Shown: positions 50,441 through 61,753, numbered from the stretch's first letter. The stretch: 64,000 bases of DNA from Candidatus Zixiibacteriota bacterium (GCA_037441845.1 JBBIRK010000004.1:261678-325677), one strand, 5' to 3'. The notes: generated by a model not told the origin, from the sequence alone. Program-made: numbers and translations.

Positions 50441-52681
50441 ATGAATAAGAAAAGAATTTACGATCTTGCCAAAGAATTCAACGTTTCTTCAAAAGCCATG
50501 GTCGATATCATCCGCGGGCTCGGATTCGATATCAAATCGCACTCATCGACTGTCGGCCCCGAAGTTCTTCAGGCGGTGGAGCGGAAATTAAAGGCGGAAG
50601 CCGAGGGCGTCAAAAAGGAACTCGAGGAAAAGCGCAGGAAAGAAGAGGAAAGAAAAAAAGAAGAGGAGGAGCGCCTAAGGGCCAAACGCGAGGCCGAAAG
50701 GCGTATCCTGGCCGAACTTGCCAAGGCCAAGAAAAAACCGTTGAAACCGGTCGAACTCAAGAAACCGGAACTCAAACGCAAAAAAGATAAAAGGCGCCGT
50801 CACAAAGATCGGGTTATCGATAAAAAAGCGGTCGAGGCAAGCTTCCGACAAACCATGTCCAGTCTGGCCGTCAGCAAACGCAGGAAACATTACAGGTCCG
50901 ACAAAGAGGAAATATCGGAGCCGGTCGAAACTCAGAAAGTAATCAAGGCGCAGGAATTCATCACGGTCGCGGATCTGGCCGCCCTGATGGAGGTGAAACC
51001 CGCTCAGATCGTCGCCAAGTGTCTCGAGCTCGGTATGATGGCCACGATAAACCAACGACTCGATATGGATACGATCCAGACGATCGCTCTCGAATTCGGA
51101 TATGATGTCGAGGAAGACAAATCGTACGGCGAAGAAGAAATTGAGGAAGAGGACGATAGCTCAAGGCTTCAGCAGCGGCCTCCGGTGGTCACTATCATGG
51201 GACATGTCGATCACGGTAAAACATCCTTGCTGGACTATATAAGGAAATCCAATATCATCGCCGGCGAAGCGGGAGGTATAACCCAACATATCGGTGCATA
51301 TGTTGTGCACCACCCCAAGGGCAAGATTACTTTCCTTGACACTCCGGGCCATGAGGCATTTTCAGCGATGAGGGCCAGAGGGGCGCAGGCCACCGATATC
51401 GTCGTACTCGTGGTCGCCGCCGACGACGCGGTCATGCCGCAGACCATCGAAGCGATCGACCACGCCCGGGCCGCAGGAGTGCCGATAATCGTGGCGATAA
51501 ACAAGATAGACCTGCCGAACATCAACATCGATGTCATCAAAAACCAATTGGCAAAGCACAATCTGGTTCCCGAAGAATGGGGCGGCAAAACGATAATGGT
51601 CGAGATTTCCGCCAAATACGGAACCAACGTCGATAAGCTGCTCGATATGATCCTTCTTCAGGCGGAGATAATGGAATTGAAGGCCAATCCGGAACGCCGC
51701 GCGATTGGAGTCGTTATCGAATCGAGACTGGATAAGGGCAAGGGAGTCGTGTGCACCGTACTCGTGCAAAAAGGGACTCTCAGAATCGGTGATCCTTTCG
51801 TCGTCGGCGTCTTCAGCGGTAAAGTCAGAGCGATGATGGATGAGAGGGGAAATTCGTTAACCGAAGCCGGACCGTCGATTCCGGTGCAAATTCTCGGTTC
51901 GGACGGTATCCCTCAGGCGGGCGACTCGTTCATTGTTACCAGAGGCGATTCGATCGCCAAAGAGATCAGCCAAAAAAGACTGCGGCTCAAACGCGAACGC
52001 GATGTTCGACACATTAATCGACTGAAATTGACGGATGTCTATAGCCGGATCAAAGAAGGCGGCATCAGAGAGTTGAATTTGATCATTAAAGGCGATGCCG
52101 ACGGCTCGGTCGAAGCGTTGTCCGATACACTGTCCAAAATCGAACACAAGGAAGTGGCGGTCCGGGTGATTCACCGCGGCGTCGGCTCGATCAACGAATC
52201 CGACGTCATGCTGGCGGCCGCCTCACAGGCGATAATTATCGGCTTCCACGTCAGACCTGACTTAAAGGCGATCGAACTCGCCCAAAAAGAAAATGTCGAT
52301 TACCGCCTATATAAAATTATATATGAAGTCGAATCGGATATCAAAAAAGCTCTCGAGGGATTGCTCAAGCCGGAATATATCGAACACAAAACCGGCGTCG
52401 CCGAAATTCGCCAATTGATCAAGGTTCCCAAAATCGGCCTTATCGCCGGCAGTTTCGTTAAAGAAGGCACGATCAAGAGGGGCGCCAAGTGCCGGATTAT
52501 CCGCAACGGCGTCATGATCGCCGAATCCAATCTAACTTCCCTCAAGCGATTCAAAGACGACGTGAGGGAGGTGGCCCAAGGCTATGAATGCGGGATCGGA
52601 ATCGGCGCAATTCAGGAAGCGCAGGTAGGCGATTTGATCGAAACGTTCGAAATAGAAGAGAAGGCCAGAAGGCTCGATTAG
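50441..52681 (+). CDS. infB: translation initiation factor IF-2
   Basis: GHVDHGKTS, DTPGHEAF, NKID, SLKRFKDDV. Confidence 0.99.
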   Translation: MNKKRIYDLAKEFNVSSKAMVDIIRGLGFDIKSHSSTVGPEVLQAVERKLKAEAEGVKKELEEKRRKEEERKKEEEERLRAKREAERRILAELAKAKKKPLKPVELKKPELKRKKDKRRRHKDRVIDKKAVEASFRQTMSSLAVSKRRKHYRSDKEEISEPVETQKVIKAQEFITVADLAALMEVKPAQIVAKCLELGMMATINQRLDMDTIQTIALEFGYDVEEDKSYGEEEIEEEDDSSRLQQRPPVVTIMGHVDHGKTSLLDYIRKSNIIAGEAGGITQHIGAYVVHHPKGKITFLDTPGHEAFSAMRARGAQATDIVVLVVAADDAVMPQTIEAIDHARAAGVPIIVAINKIDLPNINIDVIKNQLAKHNLVPEEWGGKTIMVEISAKYGTNVDKLLDMILLQAEIMELKANPERRAIGVVIESRLDKGKGVVCTVLVQKGTLRIGDPFVVGVFSGKVRAMMDERGNSLTEAGPSIPVQILGSDGIPQAGDSFIVTRGDSIAKEISQKRLRLKRERDVRHINRLKLTDVYSRIKEGGIRELNLIIKGDADGSVEALSDTLSKIEHKEVAVRVIHRGVGSINESDVMLAAASQAIIIGFHVRPDLKAIELAQKENVDYRLYKIIYEVESDIKKALEGLLKPEYIEHKTGVAEIRQLIKVPKIGLIAGSFVKEGTIKRGAKCRIIRNGVMIAESNLTSLKRFKDDVREVAQGYECGIGIGAIQEAQVGDLIETFEIEEKARRLD

Positions 52682-52692
52682 GTCAGACGATT

Positions 52693-52974
52693 ATGGTAAT
52701 CGGCGTCATAACTATCGAATTGCATTTGCCTTCGGCCAATTCGCTGAAAGCCAAAAGGAAAATCGTATTGTCGTTGAAAGATCGGTTGAAAGCCAAGTTC
52801 AACTTATCGGTCGCTGAATTGGATGACAACGATCTCTGGCAGCGCTGCGTCTTGGGAATGGCCATCATCGCCAACGACAAGGTTTACGCCAACAACGTGC
52901 TTTCGAAAGCCGCAGACATGGTGAACAGCACTCCCGACGCAGTCGTCACCGGATCGAATCTGGAGTGGTTTTGA
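52693..52974 (+). CDS. DUF503 (YlxP) family protein
   Basis: SLKAKR...KFNLSVAE...DLWQR, located between infB and rbfA. Confidence 0.9.
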   Translation: MVIGVITIELHLPSANSLKAKRKIVLSLKDRLKAKFNLSVAELDDNDLWQRCVLGMAIIANDKVYANNVLSKAADMVNSTPDAVVTGSNLEWF

Positions 52975-53336
52975 AAAGTTTCGGCAGAAATGAAATCCTG
53001 GCAAAGCAGATAATGCGGGAACTCGCCGCGATCCTGCTAAAAAAGAAAACGGCCGAGGAAAATATCGTAATTTCGATAACCGACGCCGAGCTTTCGCGGG
53101 ATTTGAAATACTGCAAGGTATTTTATTCCGTGCTGGGCGATGAACAATCCCGTCAGGTTATCGATGATTACCTGAAAAAACATCTTCGGGAATTCAGAGC
53201 CGAACTGGCGACACGAATCCGAATCAAGAGCGTGCCCGAATTGCAATTCCACTATGATGATTCGATAGTGCGAGGGCAGCGGATCGAAGAGCTGCTCGAT
53301 CAAATAAAAAAAAGCGATGCAGAAACCGGAAATTGA
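52971..53336 (+). CDS. rbfA: ribosome-binding factor A
   Basis: LSRDLKYCKVFYS, PELQFHYDDS. TTG start likely. Confidence 0.94.
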   Translation: MKSFGRNEILAKQIMRELAAILLKKKTAEENIVISITDAELSRDLKYCKVFYSVLGDEQSRQVIDDYLKKHLREFRAELATRIRIKSVPELQFHYDDSIVRGQRIEELLDQIKKSDAETGN

Positions 53337-54291
53337 AAAATTCAACTCCTTCATGAACGAAGCAAATCGATTCTTGCTGACTTCCCATCAGGATCCGGAC
53401 GGTGATTCGATCGGTTCATTGATCGGCCTTGGCCGATTTCTGCTCGAAAAAGGCAAGGACGTGACAATTTATAATGAAGGTGCGCTGCCGGATAAGTACC
53501 TCTTTCTCGATCCGGATGGGCTAATTCGCCACGACAAACCTCTAACGGCTGCCAGGTTCGATCGCGCGGTAGTGCTCGACTGCCCGAGAATCGAGAGAAT
53601 CGGTTTCGTGCGCGAATTGCTTGCCGACAATGCGGTTTGTGTCAACATCGATCACCACCGCGACAACGAAATGTTCGGTAAAATCAATCTCGTGGATGAA
53701 AACGCCGCCGCCGTCGGCGAAATGCTCTGCGAAATACTCGACGATCGCGCCCGCCCGTTCAGCCGAGAGGTGGCGGTTCCGCTTTACGCCGCCTTGCTTT
53801 CGGACACGGGCGGATTCCGTTTTGCAAATACCACCGCGTCATGTTTACGATGCGCGGCCAGGCTCGTCGAGGCCGGCGCTGATCCAAAATCGATATTCGA
53901 CAGCATTTATTCGTCATATTCGATCGAAACCCTGAGGCTGCTCGGCCGAACCCTCCAAAATATGGTAAGCGCCGCAAATGGCCGAATTTGTGCCATGACG
54001 ATAAGCGGAGATGACCTGAATTCAACCGGCGCCAAACTGGAAAATTCGGAAGGTTTCGTTGATTACACGATGAAAATACCGGCGACGGAGATAGGATTAC
54101 TACTGAAAGAAATCGGTGACAATACGGTGAAGGTCAGTCTTCGTTCGAAAGGGAATTTAGATGTGAGCGCTTTTGCTTTGAAAAAAGGCGGCGGTGGTCA
54201 TCGCGAAGCGGCTGGTTTTACTACGACTGGACCCCTGAACGAAGTGCTGGCCGGAACAATCGCCGATCTTGAGAGTTATTTGCATGGTTGA
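53317..54291 (+). CDS. nrnA: DHH/DHHA1 phosphoesterase (NanoRNase-like)
   Basis: HQDPDGD, IDHH, SDTGGF, GGGGHREAAG. Confidence 0.9.
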   Translation: MQKPEIEKFNSFMNEANRFLLTSHQDPDGDSIGSLIGLGRFLLEKGKDVTIYNEGALPDKYLFLDPDGLIRHDKPLTAARFDRAVVLDCPRIERIGFVRELLADNAVCVNIDHHRDNEMFGKINLVDENAAAVGEMLCEILDDRARPFSREVAVPLYAALLSDTGGFRFANTTASCLRCAARLVEAGADPKSIFDSIYSSYSIETLRLLGRTLQNMVSAANGRICAMTISGDDLNSTGAKLENSEGFVDYTMKIPATEIGLLLKEIGDNTVKVSLRSKGNLDVSAFALKKGGGGHREAAGFTTTGPLNEVLAGTIADLESYLHG

Positions 54292-55240
54292 CGGTATCGT
54301 GCTTCTCGACAAGCCACGAGGGTACACCTCGCATGACCTCGTTGACAAACTCAGGAAAATCTTGGGGCAGGAAAGGGTCGGCCATACCGGAATACTTGAT
54401 CCTTTGGCAACCGGTCTGATGATTATGCTTCTCGGAAAAGGTACTTTGCTTTCACCCCAATTGACCGGGGCCGACAAAGTCTATCGCGCCAAGTTTTTTT
54501 TCGGCAGGGCGACCGACACCTATGACGGAGAGGGAAAGACTATCGCCGAAGCCGATCCCGGTAATGTGACGCTTGAGGAATTCGGCCGAGTCTGCCAAGG
54601 TTTCAAAGGAAAAATCAGGCAGATCGTACCCCCTTACTCGGCCGCTAAACATGACGGCCAAAAGATGTACGAATCGGCCCGCAGGGGGGAGGATATCCCC
54701 GAAAAATTCAAAGAAGTGGAACTTTATGCGATCGATATCGATTCGTTCGACTGGCCGCGGGTCGGCCTGACTATAAGATGTTCCGCCGGCACTTATGTCC
54801 GAAGTCTTGCTCATGAAATGGGCATGAAATTGGGATGCGGAGCATATCTTGAAAGCCTGGTCAGAGAAGCAGTGGGGGAATTCACAATAGATCAGGCGGT
54901 GACCGCCGAACAGGTCGAAAACGAGGATGTCGCGGCGGTAAATCGGATGATTCGCCCCTTAACCGAAGCGTTACCGGGTTGGCCGAAAATATTCGTGCGG
55001 GCTGAATATATCAGATTGATAATTCAAGGACGGCCATTCATCAAAAAATATTTTTACAGCACCGATTATCGCGGGCCCGGCGGATGCCAGGCTATGCTGA
55101 TCGACGACAAAGGCAAACTGCTTGCGCTCGTGCAGTTGAATTACTCCTGGGGGAGTTTCGATCGACTCGAACCTCAGGATACGCTCGGAAAATATATCAG
55201 GATCATCGATGAAAGTCATTTTCGGGAAAAGCTCGCTTGA
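54284..55240 (+). CDS. truB: tRNA pseudouridine(55) synthase
   Basis: LDKPRG.TS, GHTGILDPLATG, GTYVRSL. Confidence 0.96.
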   Translation: MVDGIVLLDKPRGYTSHDLVDKLRKILGQERVGHTGILDPLATGLMIMLLGKGTLLSPQLTGADKVYRAKFFFGRATDTYDGEGKTIAEADPGNVTLEEFGRVCQGFKGKIRQIVPPYSAAKHDGQKMYESARRGEDIPEKFKEVELYAIDIDSFDWPRVGLTIRCSAGTYVRSLAHEMGMKLGCGAYLESLVREAVGEFTIDQAVTAEQVENEDVAAVNRMIRPLTEALPGWPKIFVRAEYIRLIIQGRPFIKKYFYSTDYRGPGGCQAMLIDDKGKLLALVQLNYSWGSFDRLEPQDTLGKYIRIIDESHFREKLA

Positions 55241-56138
55241 ACGGGAATCGATACCCGCATCGTGCGTGACCGTGGGCACGTTCGACGGCGTCCATATCGG
55301 ACATATGGCCTTGATTTCACGATTGCTGCAATCTGCCAAAGAAACCGGCACGCTCTCGACGGTCGTGACGTTCGATCCTCATCCTCAGCTGGTTCTGGGA
55401 AGCAAAGGACGAATGGAGATTCTCACCACGACCGACGAAAAATTGGAATTGCTCGGGAAACTCGGGATAGACCTCGTCATAATCCTCGAATTCAATCAGC
55501 AGCTTGCCACTTTGGAGGCCGCGAAATTCATCGAGCTTCTATTGGTTGATCAACTGAACATGAAGCATTTCGTGGTCGGCTACGACCACTCGTTCGGTAG
55601 AAATCGCGCTGGCAATTATGAATTGGCCGAATCGCTTGCCGCCAAATACGGATATACGGTGGAACGTGTCGGCCCCGTTTATGACGGCGGAAACCCGATT
55701 AAATCGACATTGATAAGGCAGGAACTGAAATCCGGCGAATACGATAAGGCGGTTGCCATGCTCGGCTATAAATATTTTTTGAACGGCGATATAATCAAAG
55801 GCCGCGGCTTGGGCAAACAGCTTGGCTTTCCAACCATGAATATAAACGTGCCGCCCGCCAAATTGCTGCCGAAACAAGGAGTGTATGCCGCCTGGCTGAC
55901 CCTCGATGCGGCTCGATATCCGGGTATGGCTTATATCGGCGGAAGGCTCACATTCGGCGACGAATCGATTTGTGTGGAGGTCAACCTGTTCGATTTCGAC
56001 AGCGATTATCTCGGCCATAAGACGAAACTAACTCTCGAGAAATTCACGCGACCGCCGCGAAAATTCGATAACCCGCAAAAGCTGATCGAAGCACTCGCCA
56101 ACGATGAAAAATCAGTTAGAAAAATATTGAACGTATAG
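55209..56138 (+). CDS. ribF: riboflavin kinase/FAD synthetase
   Basis: [27 protein letters not shown]. Confidence 0.96.
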   Translation: MKVIFGKSSLERESIPASCVTVGTFDGVHIGHMALISRLLQSAKETGTLSTVVTFDPHPQLVLGSKGRMEILTTTDEKLELLGKLGIDLVIILEFNQQLATLEAAKFIELLLVDQLNMKHFVVGYDHSFGRNRAGNYELAESLAAKYGYTVERVGPVYDGGNPIKSTLIRQELKSGEYDKAVAMLGYKYFLNGDIIKGRGLGKQLGFPTMNINVPPAKLLPKQGVYAAWLTLDAARYPGMAYIGGRLTFGDESICVEVNLFDFDSDYLGHKTKLTLEKFTRPPRKFDNPQKLIEALANDEKSVRKILNV

Positions 56139-56146
56139 GAGGAAAA

Positions 56147-56416
56147 TTGGTTACCACAAAGGAAAAGAAAAAGGAGCTCGTCGAGCAATTCAGGCTCCAC
56201 GAAAAAGACACCGGCTCGGTCGAAGTGCAGGCCGCTCTGCTGACTGAAAGAATCAACGGCCTTACCGAACATTTGAAAGACCACCCCAAGGATCACCATT
56301 CACACATGGGGCTGCTCAAAATGGTCGGAAAACGCCGCCGCTTGCTGAATTATCTGAAAAACAGCAATTTCGCTGCTTATCAGGCTCTTATCGAAACCCT
56401 TAACTTGCGGAAATAG
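56147..56416 (+). CDS. rpsO: 30S ribosomal protein S15
   Basis: [28 protein letters not shown] start after AGGAGG. Confidence 0.98.
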   Translation: MVTTKEKKKELVEQFRLHEKDTGSVEVQAALLTERINGLTEHLKDHPKDHHSHMGLLKMVGKRRRLLNYLKNSNFAAYQALIETLNLRK

Positions 56417-56430
56417 GAATTGAACTCAAA

Positions 56431-58530
56431 ATGCCAATTGAAAAAGTTGAACTGCAGATAGACCATAGAACATTAATCATCACCACCGGCCACATGGCCA
56501 GACAAGCGGGCGGAGCGGTCACCGTTCAGCTCGGCGATACGATTGTGCTGGCTACCGCCTGTGAAGGCAACCCTCCGTCCGAGGGAGGCGATTTTTTCCC
56601 GCTGACTGTTGATTACCGGGAGAAAGCCTACGCCGCCGGGAAAATCCCGGGCGGGTTTTTCAAACGGGAAGGCAGACCGACGGAACGGGAAGTCCTGGGT
56701 TCACGAGCGATCGATCGTCCGATTCGTCCGCTGTTCCCGGATGATTATTTCAACGAAGTGCAAGTGCTGGTCCAAGTGCTCTCCTCGGATCAAGATAATG
56801 ATCCCGATGTGTTGGGAATTATCGGCGCTTCGGCCGCCCTGTCGCTTTCGGAAATCCCATTTCATATACCGGTGGGGGCGGTTAGAGTAGCCCGAATTGA
56901 TGGCAAACTCACGGCCTTCCCGCTATATTCGCAGCTCGATCGGAACGACTTGAACATAATAGTCGCCGGAACGGCTGAGAATATCAACATGGTCGAAGGC
57001 GGCGCGCGCGAGGTCGGCGAAGAAGATATGATCGAGGCGTTGAGCTTCGCCCACCAATGGATACGCCGGATTTCCGAGATTATCGATAAGCTGAAAAGCG
57101 CGGCCGGCAAACCGAAAAAGGAAGTGGTCAGCGAACCGCTGCCGGACGATTTTCAGAAGGAAATCGCCGATATGGCAGCCGAAACCATCAAGGCGGCCAA
57201 TCATACGACCGACAAACATGCCCGCCAGGATATGCTCGATAAGCTGGCGGAAAACATAAAAGCCGCGCTGGCCGAAAAATATCCGGGCATGGAAAGCAAA
57301 ATAGACAAGGTTTTGGAAACGCTCGAAAGAATCGACATGCGCCGAATGATTCTCGAAGAGGGTAGGCGGATCGACGGCCGTCCCTGGGATGAAATCCGCC
57401 CCATCGAAATCCAGCTCGGCGTACTGCCCCGGACTCATGGCTCGGCTATTTTCCAGCGCGGACAAACACAGGCGCTCGTGGTCACCACGCTCGGAACCAA
57501 AATGGACGAGCAAAAAATAGATGACCTGCTCGGCGAATCGTTTAAAAGTTACATGCTGCACTATAATTTCCCGCCTTTCGCCACCGGTGAGGTGAAAAGA
57601 ACAGGCAGCCCGGGACGTAGAGAAGTAGGACATGGCGCGCTGGCTGAAAGGGCGATCGAGCCGGTGATTCCATCGGAAAGCATTTTCCCATACACGATCA
57701 GAATCGTCTCGGATATCCTCGAATCCAACGGCTCTTCATCGATGGCCACCGTCTGTGGAGGCTCGCTTTCGCTCATGGATGCCGGGGTGCCGATTAAGAG
57801 TCCGGTGGCGGGAATCGCCATGGGCCTGATAATGGAAAAGGACAAGTATGCCGTGTTGACAGACATACTCGGCGCCGAGGATCATCTGGGTGATATGGAT
57901 TTCAAAGTCGCCGGCACCGAATCCGGGATCACCGCTTTTCAGATGGATGTCAAGATCAGCGGAATCAATATCGACATCATGCGGCAGGCGCTCGAACAGG
58001 CGAAACGCGCCCGGCTGTTTTTGCTTGAAAAAATGACTCAGGCGATCGCCAAACCCAGAACCCAATTGTCGCCCTACGCGCCCAGAATAATATTCCTCAA
58101 GATCAAAGTGGATAAGATCGGAGAGGTGATAGGCCCGGGCGGCAAGACCATTCGCGGCATCACCGAGAAAACCGGCGCCAAAATCGATATTGAGGAGGAC
58201 GGCACGGTCTTGATCGCATCGGTCGATCAAAAAGCCGGCGAGGCGGCAAAAGCGATGATCGAAGCCTTGGTCGAAGAAGCGGAAATCGGGAAAGTATATA
58301 CCGGCACTGTCAAGCGAACCACCAATTACGGAGCCTTTGTCGAAATTATTCCGGGAACCGACGGAATGGTGCATATATCGGAGCTGGAAAACTATCGCGT
58401 CAATAGGGTTGAGGATGTGGTTAAAGTCGGTGATACGATCAAAGTAAAAGTCATAGATATCGATGCGGAAGGCAAAATCAGACTTTCCCGAAAGGCGGTC
58501 TTGAACGAACATAAAAAGGGCGGGAATTAA
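56431..58530 (+). CDS. pnp: polyribonucleotide nucleotidyltransferase
   Basis: FFPLTVDY, SNGSSSMA, GDMDFKVAG, KH and S1 domains. Confidence 0.99.
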   Translation: MPIEKVELQIDHRTLIITTGHMARQAGGAVTVQLGDTIVLATACEGNPPSEGGDFFPLTVDYREKAYAAGKIPGGFFKREGRPTEREVLGSRAIDRPIRPLFPDDYFNEVQVLVQVLSSDQDNDPDVLGIIGASAALSLSEIPFHIPVGAVRVARIDGKLTAFPLYSQLDRNDLNIIVAGTAENINMVEGGAREVGEEDMIEALSFAHQWIRRISEIIDKLKSAAGKPKKEVVSEPLPDDFQKEIADMAAETIKAANHTTDKHARQDMLDKLAENIKAALAEKYPGMESKIDKVLETLERIDMRRMILEEGRRIDGRPWDEIRPIEIQLGVLPRTHGSAIFQRGQTQALVVTTLGTKMDEQKIDDLLGESFKSYMLHYNFPPFATGEVKRTGSPGRREVGHGALAERAIEPVIPSESIFPYTIRIVSDILESNGSSSMATVCGGSLSLMDAGVPIKSPVAGIAMGLIMEKDKYAVLTDILGAEDHLGDMDFKVAGTESGITAFQMDVKISGINIDIMRQALEQAKRARLFLLEKMTQAIAKPRTQLSPYAPRIIFLKIKVDKIGEVIGPGGKTIRGITEKTGAKIDIEEDGTVLIASVDQKAGEAAKAMIEALVEEAEIGKVYTGTVKRTTNYGAFVEIIPGTDGMVHISELENYRVNRVEDVVKVGDTIKVKVIDIDAEGKIRLSRKAVLNEHKKGGN

Positions 58531-58566
58531 CTGCCCTAATCAATCGCCGTTGCCGAAGGAGTTCGA

Positions 58567-59841
58567 CTGAGAACGCTTTATCGAAAAACGGTTTTGCCGA
58601 ACGGCCTTAGAATCATCTCGGAGTCGATTCCGACGTTCCGATCGATATCGATAGGCTTGTGGCTCGATACCGGTTCGCGGGACGAACCCGACGAAATCGC
58701 CGGAATCTCGCATTTCATCGAGCACATGGTTTTCAAGGGAACCGAAAACCGGTCGGCCAAGGAGATTGCGTCCTTTCTCGAGTCGGTGGGCGGGATGTTG
58801 AATGCGTTCACCAGCAGGGAACAAACCTGCTACTACGCAAAAATCCTCGACAGACACCTGCCGTTGGCGGTGGAGATTCTGGCCGATCTCGTTTTCCACG
58901 GCCGTTTCGACAAAGATGATATCGAGAAAGAAAAAAATATAATCATCGATGAAATCAACGAAGTCAACGATACGCCGGCGGACCTTGTCCACGACCTATT
59001 CGCGCGTTCCATTTTCGGCGAACATCCGCTAGGCAGACCTATAATGGGCAGCGCCGGCACTGTCCGCAAAATCACGCGCGATCATATCTTGACCTATCTC
59101 AAGGCCTCATACCGCCCCGAAAAAATGATCGTTGCCGCCTCCGGAAATTTAAGTCACGCCGAATTGGTCAGACTCGTCAATAAATATTTCCCGAAAAATT
59201 TCGAGAATAATCGCAAGCCGTTTTCACGGAAACGCCCGTCGCTGAGACAACAACTGTCGGTGAAACTGCGCGAGTCCAGCCAAACGCATATCTGTATCGG
59301 TGGCCCCGCTTTCACTTTCGATCATCCGCAACGCAGCGCGCTGTTATTGCTCAACTCGGTGGTCGGCGGAGGAATGTCGTCGAAGCTCTTTCAAAAAATA
59401 CGGGAGGAGATGGGTATGGCCTACACCATCTTCTCGTATCTCGACTTTTTCGCCGATACCGCCGTTATGGGTGTTTATCTTTCCACCGACCCCAAAAACG
59501 TAACCAAGGCGATCTCCACGGTCTTCAAGGAGCTCTCGCATTTCGCCAAGGAAAAACTCGGCAAAAGCGAGATGGATTCCGCGAAAGAACAATTGAAAGG
59601 ATCGCTCGTGCTGGGATTGGAAAATAGTTCCAACCGTATGAATCGGATGGCGAAACATGAGATGTTGCTGGGAAGATACATTTCGGTCGACGAGACCATC
59701 GCGGAAATAGACTCGGTAACCGCCGAAAGCATCCGCAAAGTCGCCGAAAAGCTGTTCGACCCGAAACGATTCACCATAACCGCTCTCGGGCAGGCGAAAA
59801 AATCAGCGATTTTGAGGGCTATCCCCGATGGCATCGGTTAA
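58567..59841 (+). CDS. M16B zinc peptidase
   Basis: HFIEH (HxxEH), NAFTS, GGGMSSKLF. Probable CTG start at 58567. Confidence 0.92.
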   Translation: MRTLYRKTVLPNGLRIISESIPTFRSISIGLWLDTGSRDEPDEIAGISHFIEHMVFKGTENRSAKEIASFLESVGGMLNAFTSREQTCYYAKILDRHLPLAVEILADLVFHGRFDKDDIEKEKNIIIDEINEVNDTPADLVHDLFARSIFGEHPLGRPIMGSAGTVRKITRDHILTYLKASYRPEKMIVAASGNLSHAELVRLVNKYFPKNFENNRKPFSRKRPSLRQQLSVKLRESSQTHICIGGPAFTFDHPQRSALLLLNSVVGGGMSSKLFQKIREEMGMAYTIFSYLDFFADTAVMGVYLSTDPKNVTKAISTVFKELSHFAKEKLGKSEMDSAKEQLKGSLVLGLENSSNRMNRMAKHEMLLGRYISVDETIAEIDSVTAESIRKVAEKLFDPKRFTITALGQAKKSAILRAIPDGIG

Positions 59842-59877
59842 GCCGAACCGAATTAAAGACGATAGGGGAGAGCGGCG

Positions 59878-60624
59878 ATGGCCCCCGCCCAAATTCAGCT
59901 CGAAAATAAAATACTCGCGTTCCATGATATCGGAAGCTCCAGTCCGTTCACAATCAACTGCCTGAGCGTCGATTCTTTCCTCAGGTTGATTGATTTTATC
60001 GCCGAAAACGGCTATAATGGAAAAGCTTTATCGCGATGTGTGGGTGACAACGACATAGCTATCACTTTCGATGACGGCTTCGAAAGTTTCCATAAATTCG
60101 CCCATCCGATATTGAAACGATATGATTTTTCCGCCACTGTCTTCGTCGTCACGGGATTCATCGGAAAAAATTCCGAATGGGACTACCTGCGCCGGGCTCA
60201 TCTTGACTGGGCGCAGATAATCGAACTCCATGGCGATGGGATCGAATTCGGAAGCCACAGCCACAGTCATCCCGATCTGCGCCGGCTGAAAAAAGAGCGA
60301 CTTATTCAGGAGTTGAATACATCGCGCTGCATTCTCGAGGATAAACTTGGCGTCGCCGTGACCCGGCTGTCCTATCCTTTCGGCAGATTCAATTCTGATG
60401 TCCTGCAGGCTGCGCGGGAAACCGGCTATGAATTCGGCTATTCGCTTGCCCGCGACGGCGGGCCGATGGCTATACCGCGCCATTGCCTTTATTCGTTGGA
60501 TTCGCCTCGATCATTGAAAAGAAAGCTCCGAGGTTCCGCGATCGAAAAGTTCAAGGAAAAAATGATCAACGCCTTTGCCGCGGGGACGATCGCGTACAAA
60601 GCGATTCTGGGAGAAAAATCATGA
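59878..60624 (+). CDS. polysaccharide deacetylase (CE4)
   Basis: TFDDG, GSHSHSH, SYPFG. Confidence 0.9.
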   Translation: MAPAQIQLENKILAFHDIGSSSPFTINCLSVDSFLRLIDFIAENGYNGKALSRCVGDNDIAITFDDGFESFHKFAHPILKRYDFSATVFVVTGFIGKNSEWDYLRRAHLDWAQIIELHGDGIEFGSHSHSHPDLRRLKKERLIQELNTSRCILEDKLGVAVTRLSYPFGRFNSDVLQAARETGYEFGYSLARDGGPMAIPRHCLYSLDSPRSLKRKLRGSAIEKFKEKMINAFAAGTIAYKAILGEKS

Positions 60625-60962
60625 GAGCCATGCTTTTCAGGTTGTTTGTAACCGCCGTGGCAGTGCTGCTGGTGGCGAAATTGATGCCGGGAATCGAGGT
60701 GGAAAGCCCGCTTGACCTATTGCTGGTCGCCCTGCTTTTGGGGTTGTTCAATGCCGTCATCAGGCCGATTATGATATTTTTGACATTGCCGGTTACCTTG
60801 ATAACGTTCGGGCTTTTTATTTTCATAATCAACGGCTTCCTGCTGTATTCCGTATCTTATCTCGTCGGCGGTTTCCATATATCGAGTTTCTGGATGGCGG
60901 TGGTTGCCTCAATGCTTATCTCCATCGTATCGAGCATCATCAATTGGCTTGCCCGATCTTGA
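60621..60962 (+). CDS. YvlD-like 4-TM membrane protein (phage holin family 4)
   Basis: NAVIRP...LTLP...TFGLF..IING motif. Confidence 0.85.
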   Translation: MRAMLFRLFVTAVAVLLVAKLMPGIEVESPLDLLLVALLLGLFNAVIRPIMIFLTLPVTLITFGLFIFIINGFLLYSVSYLVGGFHISSFWMAVVASMLISIVSSIINWLARS

Positions 60963-61080
60963 GCGATTTCATCGAATGCGGTGATTCTCTCGCAGCGCAA
61001 GCGGTATTCCTATTTATTTGGACCGACCAACTATCGGCTTGACCGTTAAGCTGGTAGAAGATAGATTGAGCAATAACACT

Positions 61081-61154
61081 GCCCCCGTAGCTCAGGTGGA
61101 TAGAGCGACGGTTTCCTAAACCGCAGGTCGGCCGTTCAAATCGGCCCGGGGGTA
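61081..61154 (+). tRNA. tRNA-Arg(CCT)
   Basis: GCCCCCGTAGCTCAGGTGGATAGAGCGACGGTTT-CCT-AAACCG...GTTCAAATC. Upstream TTGACC-N17-TAGATT promoter. Confidence 0.95.
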
Positions 61155-61179
61155 GGCTGAAATAAATGATATCCTAATC

Positions 61180-61753
61180 TCAGTTTGGCATTTTCGGGGA
61201 TACTTCAGGAATCCATTTTTCCCCACTTTTGGATCCCAATAATATTGAACGAGCGGATTTTTCTGTTCCCATTCGTCGGTGCCTTTTCCGAATAATAATA
61301 ATTTTTTATCCTTGTTTCAAAATAAACATCAATTCTTCCATTCTTGGGAGACTCATAATCAATTTCATTTTGCGGCGGAATATTCTTAAAATCCAGATGT
61401 CCATGCAGAAAATGTGCATTTTGGCCTCCAGCCTGAACTTCCCATGTCGGAATGCCGGAATATAAATTGTCATCCTGCAATTCGAGCTCACGCTTATTAA
61501 CAATTATAGTCGCCTTAATTTTTATCTTTGCATGAACTGACGAATAATTACAAATCCGCATGCGGAAATTGAAATCAGACACATCGGCGCAAAATATTGC
61601 AACGATAGGCTTCTCTTCGAAATTAAGCTCTTGGCCTTGCAATTCAAGCGATTTTGTTGCCGCTCTTGCGAGTCGCCAAGTTTTCCATGTATATAAACCA
61701 AGAGCCAGTAAGGTAAGAACCTGCAAAATTAAATTCGCGCATTGATAGAGCAT
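61180..61753 (-). pseudogene. AT-rich membrane-anchored hypothetical gene, probably frameshifted near its 3' end
   Basis: N-terminal TM (LILQVLTLLALGLYTWKTW). Alternative frames near the 3' end read DEWEQKNPLVQYYWDPKVG and KWIPEVSPKMPN*. Confidence 0.45.

Noticed and set aside
60621..60962. Holin-family gene as evidence of a prophage
   Set aside because: YvlD-like proteins are commonly chromosomal, and no other phage genes are present.
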